A DNA stretch of 64,000 nt from an uncultured Gammaproteobacteria bacterium (GTDB taxonomy: Bacteria > Patescibacteriota > Microgenomatia > Levybacterales > GWA1-39-11): positions 36,977-100,976 of the forward strand of contig CAZYWG010000004.1 of assembly GCA_964651815.1 (NCBI GenBank). The letters run 5' to 3'. The position numbers were made by a program, and so were the translations under genes. Below are positions 19,141 to 28,400 of this stretch, piece after piece. The notes below the pieces were generated by a model that had not been told where the DNA came from, did not search any database, and worked only from the letters and a program-made list of their open reading frames with translations. Positions within the stretch are counted from its first letter, which is position 1; every line of letters begins with the position of its first letter.

Positions 19141-19266
19141 AGTCTTGCTTCGAGATCTTCTTCGAAGATGTTCTCCGGATTCAAGTTTTAAGTAAAATTT
19201 TGCCAAAGAGCCGGTCGGAACATTTAAATTTTCATATTTACATTTGATTTTTTATACCTAAATTCT

Positions 19267-20718
19267 ATGCCAGTACGAAGTACTAAATCTGCAAAGATTG
19301 TTAAAGCAAAAACCCTAGAGCCCAAGGAATTGGAAGATGTTAAGGTGACTGAGCCTCAGAGTGAGGCTAATATCGAGTCTATCGAAACTCCTACCACAGT
19401 TCCTTCGGAAGAGGCTACAGTCATGCCTCCTGAGCCTATGAGGTCGGAAGAATCTGGTAATTCAGATAACAGAATGAATGTGGACATGGATTCGCAGGCG
19501 CAAGACAGGTCAGATCGTGGCCAATCGTCATCTTATCAGCCTCGTGGAAGATATTCAAGAGATAGTTATAATGACAGACCGGACCGTGAGGTAGACGTGC
19601 GTGCTGACGAAGTCACCGTGCCTGTTTCAGGAATTCTTGATATCCAGCATGAGGGACACGGATTTCTCCGTCCCAAATTCCGTGCCTCCGACCGTGATAT
19701 TTATATTTCAGCCTCACAAATTAGACGTTTTTGGCTAAGAGGCGGAGATTTAGTTGAAGGGGTTGGGCGTCCTCCAAAAGATAATGAGCGGTATTTTGGC
19801 CTTTTAAAAATAGAAAAAGTAAATGGAGATGAGCCTGATAAATCGCTTCGCAGGCCCCATTTTGATGATTTAACGCCTATTTACCCAAAAGAGCAAATTA
19901 TGCTCTCAACCGGAAAAACGCCTCTTTCAACCAGAATTATAGATATAGTATCTCCAATTGGATTTGGGCAGCGTGGAATGATAGTCTCGCCCCCAAAAGC
20001 CGGTAAAACAACCATTATTAAAGAGGTGGCAGCAGGTATTTCAGCCAATTACCCTGACGTTCACTTAATGGCTGTTTTGATAGGTGAGAGGCCTGAAGAG
20101 GTAACAGACATCTCAAGAAGCGTAAGGGGTGAGGTTGTAGCCTCAAATTTTGATGAATCTCCTGAAACACAGACTAGAATTGCCGAGATTGCCATGGAAC
20201 GTGCTAAGCGCCTGGTTGAGCGTGGAGTACGCGTGATAATATTACTTGATTCTATTACGAGGCTGGCTCGTGCCTATAATTTGTCCATTGATCCTTCCGG
20301 TCGTACGCTCACGGGTGGATTTGACCCTGCGGCTTTATATCCTGCAAAGCGTTTCTTTGGAGCTGCTAGAAATTGTGAAGAAGGCGGCTCGCTTACTATA
20401 ATTGGAACAGCCTTGGTTGATACAGGATCACGCATGGATGACTTGATATTCGAGGAATTTAAGGGTACTGGGAACATGGAAGTACACTTGGATCGTCGTC
20501 TTGCGGAAAGAAGAATTTGGCCGGCAATTAATGTAGAGCGCTCCGGAACCCGTGCTGAGGAATTGATACTTGACGAAGAAACCCTCAAAAAAGTAACAAC
20601 TTTGAGGCGAATGATTGATGTATTAGGGCAGGATGAAAGAACAGAGGTATTGATGGAAAGAATTGCAAAGACAGAAAATAATAAAGAATTCCTCGAAGCC
20701 CTCGGAAAAGGCGAATAA
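19267..20718 (+). CDS. rho: transcription termination factor Rho, with a ~110-aa charged N-terminal insertion
   Basis: Rho OB-fold segment (ILDIQHEGHGFLRPKF...YISASQIRRFWLRGGDLVEG). P-loop GQRGMIVSPPKAGKTT. The C-terminal RecA-like region is conserved. The N-terminus is acidic and Arg/Ser-rich. Confidence 0.9.
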   Translation: MPVRSTKSAKIVKAKTLEPKELEDVKVTEPQSEANIESIETPTTVPSEEATVMPPEPMRSEESGNSDNRMNVDMDSQAQDRSDRGQSSSYQPRGRYSRDSYNDRPDREVDVRADEVTVPVSGILDIQHEGHGFLRPKFRASDRDIYISASQIRRFWLRGGDLVEGVGRPPKDNERYFGLLKIEKVNGDEPDKSLRRPHFDDLTPIYPKEQIMLSTGKTPLSTRIIDIVSPIGFGQRGMIVSPPKAGKTTIIKEVAAGISANYPDVHLMAVLIGERPEEVTDISRSVRGEVVASNFDESPETQTRIAEIAMERAKRLVERGVRVIILLDSITRLARAYNLSIDPSGRTLTGGFDPAALYPAKRFFGAARNCEEGGSLTIIGTALVDTGSRMDDLIFEEFKGTGNMEVHLDRRLAERRIWPAINVERSGTRAEELILDEETLKKVTTLRRMIDVLGQDERTEVLMERIAKTENNKEFLEALGKGE

Positions 20719-20788
20719 AAACCTAATTTAGCTCCGGATTCTCTTGCATCTCCCTTGACATATAAAAATTTAGAGTTAGAATCTAGGC

Positions 20789-21358
20789 ATGACTCAAATA
20801 GAAAGCGACTCCCTACTTGCAGCAGCATACAAGCGTGAGCATTTGGAAAGTGGACTTGCTGTTTCAGCAAGGGCATTGCAAGAGAAACGTAATAATGTAC
20901 CCCTGGTTTGGCCTGAATGGTTCAAGGAAGACGGCCAATTTTTAAGTGAGACAGGAGCACTCGATGCATTAAGGAGAGCTCGCAACCGTCTTTTGGTGGA
21001 ATACAAAGACGCAAGAATAATTGTATCTCCAACCGATGAGCTTGGAATGGAATCGACTCCGAGACTTTTTTTAATTTGGGGGAATCAGGAAAGGCCGAGA
21101 AAATGGAGCGTCCATTGGATGTTTAATGCTGTAGGTGTATATCCAAAAAAAGATGAAAACGGGAAAAGGCTAGGGGTTGTATTTGACGGTAGTCGCGGAT
21201 ACGTAGCAACATTAGGGGAGTCCGAATTAACTGGCGAATCATTTGACGCGTCGATAGTGAAGGCTGCTAATGGGTCAGGCTTGATATCTGGATATCCTCC
21301 TACAAGTCCGTTCAGATTTGTCAAACAAAGAAAAATTGCTGCGGCGACAATCAGATAG
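20789..21358 (+). CDS. hypothetical protein
   Basis: An intact 189-aa ORF downstream of rho. No motif recognised. Confidence 0.35.
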   Translation: MTQIESDSLLAAAYKREHLESGLAVSARALQEKRNNVPLVWPEWFKEDGQFLSETGALDALRRARNRLLVEYKDARIIVSPTDELGMESTPRLFLIWGNQERPRKWSVHWMFNAVGVYPKKDENGKRLGVVFDGSRGYVATLGESELTGESFDASIVKAANGSGLISGYPPTSPFRFVKQRKIAAATIR

Positions 21359-21366
21359 AGTTCTAT

Positions 21367-22272
21367 CTATTGTAGGAAACTGAGGGGGTTGTAGAAGCTT
21401 CCGCCGCCTCTTACTTCAAAGTGAACGTGAGGACCTGTTGTCCTTCCTGTCAATCCAATCCAGCCAACAACACTTTTACCAGCAGCGACCGTTTGACCCA
21501 CAGAAACATTTACGCCAGACATGTGTGCATAGAGTGTTGTATAACCGTTGTCTCCATGAATTAGGACATGTGTGCCATAGCCGCCATTGTATCCGCTTGT
21601 GAAGACCTCAGAAACCGTCCCATTTGAAGATGCAACGATTGGTGAACCGTAAGGCGCTGCTATATCTGCAGCTTGGTGGTACCAAGAGAACCCTTGTGTG
21701 ACAAGGCCGTGAATTGGCCATGTAAATCCACCGGCTGATATAGATACCGGGCCGGTTGCTATATATTGCGTACGAATTACACGAGGCGCTTCCTGCGGTG
21801 GAACGCCGTCCGGGACAATTAATATCTCTCCTTCAATGAGGGAGAATGTCTGCGGATTTGCAAAGTCGTTGAAAGGGAAATCAACAATACTTTGCGCATC
21901 AATACCATATTTTTTAGCAATTGTGTATACTGTCTCGCCCCTTACAACCTTATGAGAGACACCGGTTACTGGGAGGACATCCAATTGGTCGCCTGCCGTA
22001 ATTGTGTCTGAAGTGAGGCTGTTTTGCCATTTTATAGTATCTGTTGAGACGCCAAATTTTTTGGCAACTGTTGAAATAGTATCTCCATTTTGGACGGTAT
22101 AGGTTAATATTTTGTCTCTGGGTTTTTGGCTTGTTTGAGTATTGAATACGTCAACAGAAGTAATAGATGAATCCGTAGCGCCTTGGGCAAATGAAAGATT
22201 TTTATTTTGGCCAAAAAGATTTGTGTCTGAGATAAACGGAGAGAAAATGACACCAAGAGTAAGAACCGTCAT
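21367..22272 (-). CDS. LysM-domain M23 family peptidase (peptidoglycan hydrolase)
   Basis: Two LysM repeats (YTVQNGDTISTVAKKFGVS...; HKVVRGETVYTIAKKYGID...). M23 motifs: YHQAADIAAPYGSPIVAS, HVLIHGDNGYTTLYAHMS, GRTTGPHVHFEV. The longest ORF runs to 22587, but its N-terminal ~105 aa are not protein-like. The start at the Met of MTVLTLGVIFSPF (22272) is inferred. Confidence 0.75.
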   Translation of the reverse strand: MTVLTLGVIFSPFISDTNLFGQNKNLSFAQGATDSSITSVDVFNTQTSQKPRDKILTYTVQNGDTISTVAKKFGVSTDTIKWQNSLTSDTITAGDQLDVLPVTGVSHKVVRGETVYTIAKKYGIDAQSIVDFPFNDFANPQTFSLIEGEILIVPDGVPPQEAPRVIRTQYIATGPVSISAGGFTWPIHGLVTQGFSWYHQAADIAAPYGSPIVASSNGTVSEVFTSGYNGGYGTHVLIHGDNGYTTLYAHMSGVNVSVGQTVAAGKSVVGWIGLTGRTTGPHVHFEVRGGGSFYNPLSFLQ

Positions 22273-22757
22273 AGCGCTTATATGCAAGAAAATTCTATTT
22301 CTGCGGCCACGTTTTATTAAAATGTTTCTGACTAAGCTTCCTTTTGATCCCTCAAAGCGAGCTGAAATGAAAATTATTTTATCCTTAAGATATATGTTAA
22401 GAAAGGAAACAAATCCCTTAAACTGGTGGAATAAGTAAACATATGATTGCCTTGAGAATATGGATTTGAAAGTAACTTTTGCCTCGTTTATAAGTTGCAT
22501 GTGATTGAATAGCGTTGAAAATAGGTCTTGGGCTCTAACTTCAACCGAAAGCTGAATAGGGTTCGGCCGCGGCACAAATACAAGCATCTATCTCGCTAAG
22601 CGGGATAGAAGAGCCATTAGCTTACCAGAAATGACAAGAAAAAGTCAAACCCCGAGCAGACAATAGTTATTAGTTAATAGGGAATAGTTTATAAAATCGA
22701 GCATTTGAAGATGACTTCTCAATTTCTGCTTTAACAACCAATCAGTTATTATATATT

Positions 22758-24890
22758 CTACTGCGTGGGGGAGGGTGCAGGAGATGTTGTTGGACTTGGA
22801 GTCACTGTTTCAGAAGGTGGAGGAGAGATTTTAATTGGTGGTTTTTGTGGCGGTAAATTACCAGGGGACGGTAGAGCAAGTGGAGTTTGCTCGGTTTGTG
22901 GTGTTACATTACCAGCGGAGGCCTTTTGTTGTCCGAGTTTATCTTCTATAACCTTGATTTCACCATTTATTCTTGTAAGATTAGCCTGATTCCCAACTGA
23001 CAATTGTTTTACAACATTGTATGCCGCGAGTGCATTCTGTAAGTCATTCTTCTGTTCATATACGTGGCCCAAATTGTAATAGGCGTTGGCAAAGTCACGT
23101 TTTAACTGTATGGCAATTTGGAATTGTTGTTGTGCTTGATCCCATTGTTTAAGTTGGTAATATATACCTCCAAGTTGAATGTAGAGCTGTGGGTTGTAAG
23201 GGTCTAGTGCTATTGCCTGGTTGACAGATGCAACTGAGAATTGATCGGCATTTTGGCCTACATTTATCAAATTTCTGTAGATTTCTCCAAGATTCTGCCA
23301 ATTGACTGAGTTGAGAGGGGAGAGTACAACTGCATTTCTCCCGGAGTTTATACTTTGCTGGAGAAGCGCGATTATATTTTGCTGTACCGTTGTGCTTGGA
23401 GTAGTTCCGGGTTTAACAGACGCCGCAAGAGAATTAGCAAGCGCTAAATTAACTTGAGAAAAGATTCTGTGATAATCTGATCTGTAAGGAAATTGATTAA
23501 TGGCTTGTGTTTGGAGAGTATATGTTGCCTGGCCATTATTTGCTTGGGCCGCGCGTAGAGAACTCGCAAAAGCCATATCAGAAATCATGAATTTAACACT
23601 GTAAAATCCTACAAACCCTACAACAAGAAGTACAACAACAAAGACTATAACCGGGAATATAGGGCTTTCTGCACGAGTGCTCCCTCTTTCTCCTTCTGGG
23701 GTTGCTTCAAAAGTAAGCATACCGCTCTTAGTTGAAACCAATGATAATGTAACTTCATAAACTCTTTTGTCCTGTTCTACATTAAGTTGTGCAAAATATA
23801 GCCCTATTAGTATAAATAAGGAAGCGACAGTAATAAATGAGAATGGAAGCAGGATTGAGAGCACAAATGAGACAAAAAGGGCAATAAATAAAGGTCTATT
23901 AACGCCGCGAGTCTTAATGATCGTAAAGACTATTGCAAGGAAGGAAAGGGCACCTAGTATTCCGCTTGTTGCAATAAGCTCTAAGAAGTAGGAAGAAGAA
24001 AAAGAGAAGGAAAGGTTCCAAATGTTTTGCTCGAGGTTAAAGGACGCCAACTTATATTTTGTGAAGTCGGCCAAGAAAGTTCCATATCCTGATCCAAAAA
24101 GCAGGGCATATAGGAATCTGGTAGCGTCTTGGCTTATTGCGGCAAAGGCTGTTTGGAAACCATAAGCATATGGAAGTAGAATTGGTTTGTTTGGGAGAAA
24201 GATAATCTGATCAGCGATTACCAAAATTCCAATAACTGCACATACTGCTGCAGCCGCTTGAATAAATACTCCGTAATCGTTTGCTATGGATGAGTCTCTT
24301 GCTATTTTTAATCCTATGTTAAATCTGTTTCCAATGTAAAGTGCTGCTAAGATTAAGACTGGGATGAGGTATATCAATTGCTGAATTGATGAACCAGTTG
24401 TGTTAAACAATTGGTTTTGCAACGACGCGAAAGGTAACAAATAAATTTTAAAATTGTAAAGCGCGGTTATTATAGCGGATGCTGCTGCACCCAATAAATA
24501 TGCGTAAAGTGCCATATTGAAAGCACTTTTTGTGCGGATTGTATTTATAAGAACTATAGAGAACAAAATAGCTGCAACCGTTGGGACAGTTTGAAGAAGA
24601 GAATCATATCTATTTACTGAAAGAATAGAGGACACTGTTATAACTATTGCAAATATTACGAGAGTTAAATTTACAGGAGCAACCGTCACAACAATTTTGC
24701 GGTCAATGATTATTTTAACTCCCCAGAGGACAAGCAAGATGCTGGTTGCAGCCAACACCAAAAATTGTTTTGGAATTATAAAAGAGTCAGTTGTATTGAT
24801 GAGAAAGAAAAGAGGGAGTAAAAATAATGTTATTAAAATAACAACATTAGATACACGATCAAGATACGAAATAAATTCTTTTTTGTCCAT
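22758..24890 (-). CDS. O-antigen-ligase-like (Wzy_C-type) polytopic membrane protein with C-terminal TPR repeats
   Basis: More than 10 TM helices. The segment SGYGTFLADFTKYK...SSYFLELIATSGILGALSFL resembles the Wzy_C core. The C-terminal ~200 aa form TPR-like repeats (AYYNLGHVYEQKNDLQNALAAY...). Confidence 0.55.
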   Translation of the reverse strand: MDKKEFISYLDRVSNVVILITLFLLPLFFLINTTDSFIIPKQFLVLAATSILLVLWGVKIIIDRKIVVTVAPVNLTLVIFAIVITVSSILSVNRYDSLLQTVPTVAAILFSIVLINTIRTKSAFNMALYAYLLGAAASAIITALYNFKIYLLPFASLQNQLFNTTGSSIQQLIYLIPVLILAALYIGNRFNIGLKIARDSSIANDYGVFIQAAAAVCAVIGILVIADQIIFLPNKPILLPYAYGFQTAFAAISQDATRFLYALLFGSGYGTFLADFTKYKLASFNLEQNIWNLSFSFSSSYFLELIATSGILGALSFLAIVFTIIKTRGVNRPLFIALFVSFVLSILLPFSFITVASLFILIGLYFAQLNVEQDKRVYEVTLSLVSTKSGMLTFEATPEGERGSTRAESPIFPVIVFVVVLLVVGFVGFYSVKFMISDMAFASSLRAAQANNGQATYTLQTQAINQFPYRSDYHRIFSQVNLALANSLAASVKPGTTPSTTVQQNIIALLQQSINSGRNAVVLSPLNSVNWQNLGEIYRNLINVGQNADQFSVASVNQAIALDPYNPQLYIQLGGIYYQLKQWDQAQQQFQIAIQLKRDFANAYYNLGHVYEQKNDLQNALAAYNVVKQLSVGNQANLTRINGEIKVIEDKLGQQKASAGNVTPQTEQTPLALPSPGNLPPQKPPIKISPPPSETVTPSPTTSPAPSPTQ

Positions 24891-25406
24891 TGGTAAAACT
24901 TTACAAGGATTTTAATTGTTTGTCAACCCCTTTAAAATAAAAAGCCAGACATCATGATTTTGATCAAAACATTTTGTTTAGCTTGATTAAAGGCTCTAAT
25001 TTAATTCGTCCTTAAATTTTAAAATTCAAAAAAGCTCTTATCAAAACTTACCCAAAATGATTTATCCCATCTTCCGAAAATCCTGTTCGTAAGATAAGAG
25101 TTTGAAAAAACGCGATAGTGAAACTTCTTCATTAACCTGATTATAAATTAGTATGTGAAGGATAAATTTAAAAATAGTCTCTTGTGGAACGTTTTATAAA
25201 TTATATAGATGGTCTCGATATTCCAATAGTCGCTATATATATGTAGGCCAGGCATCGCCGGTTAACAAATTGTACAAATTTGAGCGCTGCACAAAGGGCC
25301 GTAATCCTGAAAAAAGTTTTTCAGGAACGAGCCCTTAGGCACGAATGGTTTGTTGAGTGGAAAAAATGCCTTGCACGTCACAGCTTTTTTATGCTAGCAT
25401 AAAGTT

Positions 25407-28400
25407 ATGGCTGCCCAACCATCAAAATCTGGAATTAAGAAGTTAGAATTAAGAATTAAGAAATCTCTCGCACGCGCTAACAAATATTCCAAATCAAGTG
25501 GGTTTACATTAATTGAGCTTGTTGTTGTAATTGCAATAATTGGAGCACTTTCAACAGGATTATATTCGGCCGTTACTTCACCCAAAGTTAAACAACGTGC
25601 GCAAGATGCGGTACGTTTGCGAGATATAAACCAAATAAAAACAGCCGTTGAATTATACTACCAAGACCATAATTGTTATCCGGCTGCAAGTGACAATGCT
25701 TTTGCAAACTCTCTGACTAATACTGGGACTAAAGCGTGGGTTGAAGGAAGTACAAAATATATGAGCATCGTCCCGCTTGATCCAACTGATAACCCATATA
25801 TTTATAAAACCGATTCGTCAAGCTGTCCGCAATATATGACGCTTTTTGCCAAATTATCTCAGCCCGCAGCCAACTTTACCGCATGCAACATTCCTTCCTA
25901 CACCAAGACAAATGCTACTTGTATACCGAGTACGGCAACTGCACCCCTTGATACAACCTGGGGTTGTGTTTCATCCGGAAGCATTGCATGTGGAGCAGGT
26001 CCAACGCCAACGCCATTTATCTGTTCAGGCGATTCAGATTGTACAGGAGGAAAAGTATGTGTTAACGGTTCATGTGTCCAACCAGGTGCGCCACCACCAA
26101 CCAGCAACAGTTCTGTATTTATTTCTCAAGGATCACCTCCGGCATTAATGAATCTAGGGGCGACCGCAAATATTTCTTTCACATATAAAAATAATGGTGC
26201 AACAACTTGGTCACCCGCTGGCATTTATGAGCTTGGTTCTCAAAATCCGCAAGACAATACAACATGGGGAAATAGCAGAGTCCCTATGACAGCAGGATCT
26301 AGCATTATTCCCGGAAAGAGTTACACATTTTATGCCACCATAACAGCGCCTTTAGTTGGGGGTATTTATAATTACCAGTGGCAAATGTTGCAAAGCAAAA
26401 TTACTATTCCTTCAACTGGCCTTGTATCATATTGGAAAATGGATGAGACAACAGGTACTGCCGTTGCAGATTCAAAAGGGACAAGCACGGGGACTGCAAC
26501 CGGGACAACAATTGTTCCGGGAATATTTAACAATGCGAGGTCATTTAATGGAACAAGTGATTATATAAGTACTAACTATTCTAGCAACTTCGATGTAGCT
26601 CCATCTGGGCTAAGTGTAGGCATGTGGATAAAGCCTACTACTACACTCCAAGCAGGACTTCCCGGAGGGGATCCGTACAAGGTTTTTGCGAGTTCGTATG
26701 ATTGTTCGGTTAATAAGGGGTGGAATGTGGCATATGATGGGACGTCAGGGCAATTATATGTGGCTTTGGGAAATGGGACAACAGGCGCAGCAATTGTTAG
26801 AAGTACTGTTCAAACATTATCAGCCGGCAGTTGGTATCATGTAGTTTTTATTGCTTATCCAAATTCAACTTCAAGTAAAATATATCTAAATGGTGTAGAT
26901 GTAACCGGTACAACTTCTTCGTTTGGATACTCTCCACCTACGGGTTCTATGACAATAGGTAGACAAACAACGAATACCTGCACTTCAAATTACCGCTATG
27001 TAAATGCAACTCTTGACGATATCCAAATTTATAATCGCGCGTTGATTCAAACTGAGATATCGGGATTATATACATCTACTCCATTTGGGGATAAAACTAC
27101 CAATACAACAGTCCTTGTTGTGCCTAATGATCTGGTTGTAGATGCGGATCAGGACGGATATTATACATCTAGCCCGGCACCTGCAGCGTATCCTGTAATT
27201 GCTGCGCAGGTTGTTAATGGAAGGACGTATTACAAAACTGCTACATCTGGGTACCAATATGTTTCCGCTTCAGCAACAACTACTCTCGGCGGAAGTGACT
27301 GTAATGATGGGAGTGCCAATATTTTCCAAAACGTTGCAAACATAGCAACTGATGCTGACTTAGACGGTTATTATACCGGTGCGCCTTCAACACAATGCGT
27401 TGGAGCAACTTACGCAACGGAAGTATCTAGTGGACAGGTGGGGCATTGGGCGATGAATGAAAATTCAGGTAGTTCTGTGGCTGATTCATCATCCGGTAAT
27501 AATAATAGTGGGAATACTTGGGGAGCGCCAATCAGTGGGCTTCTAGCTTGGTGGAAAATGGATGAAGGGGCTAATAATAATGCATTTGATTCAAGTGGTA
27601 ACAATAACACGGCAACTTTTACAAATACTTCTTGGACAGGAGGAAAATTAAGTAGTGCGGAAAGTTTTAATGGCAGTAATGCAAACGGTTCGTCCGGGAG
27701 CATTGCTGGAATAGCAGGCGATCACGCATGGACTATTTCAACCTGGGTGAATACAACAGCGAACCCTAATTTTGCCTGGGGTACTTTGCTGGAGGTGGGA
27801 AATGCTACATGTGACAAAAACCCGGTCCTTTTAAGAAATCCGAGCCAACAATACATAGTAGGCTTCAGAAACGGAACTCAAATTTCTACAACCGGCTTGT
27901 CCATTGGTACATGGGGGCATTTAACAGCTGTTTACACGGGAAGTCTTGGTACTTTAAGTTTGTATTTTAACGGGCAGCTTGTTGCAGGCCCTACACCAGT
28001 CGCTGCAGCAGGCAACGGAGACGGTGGGAAAGTAAATTTTGGGAATGATGCGTGTGGTATGGGCCATTATTTCAATGGTAAGCTTGATGATGTCCATATC
28101 TACAACCGAGCCCTTACGTCTACAGAAGTTGGTAATCTGTATAGCAATGCAGGCGCGGGTGGACCAACAAGGTCTATTTCGGGTATCGGTTTGAATGGGT
28201 CCGGACAATACGTTCAAATTGATAATCCTAGTTCTGGATCTCTAAATCCATCAAGCGCAACAATCACCGGCTGGTTTCAGGCAAGCAATTTAGCCAAGCC
28301 GTCTGGCTGGCAGACAATATTTTTTAAAGGCAATTACGATTGCACGACGGGTTGTGAAGATAGACAGTACGCATTATTTCTTAATAATAACGGAAGTTTA

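Noticed and set aside
18200-19266. tmRNA, RNase P RNA, SRP RNA or 6S RNA in the 1-kb noncoding region upstream of rho.
   Set aside because: I looked for the hallmark strings (GGAAAGTCCGGGCTC; tag-peptide ...GCNAACGA...; SRP AGGAAGCAGC; CCA-terminal T-arm) and found none. It remains a candidate only for an uncharacterised sRNA.
22273-22587. N-terminal 105-aa extension of the LysM/M23 peptidase ORF.
   Set aside because: Non-protein-like composition. The Met preceding the hydrophobic signal segment is a more plausible start.
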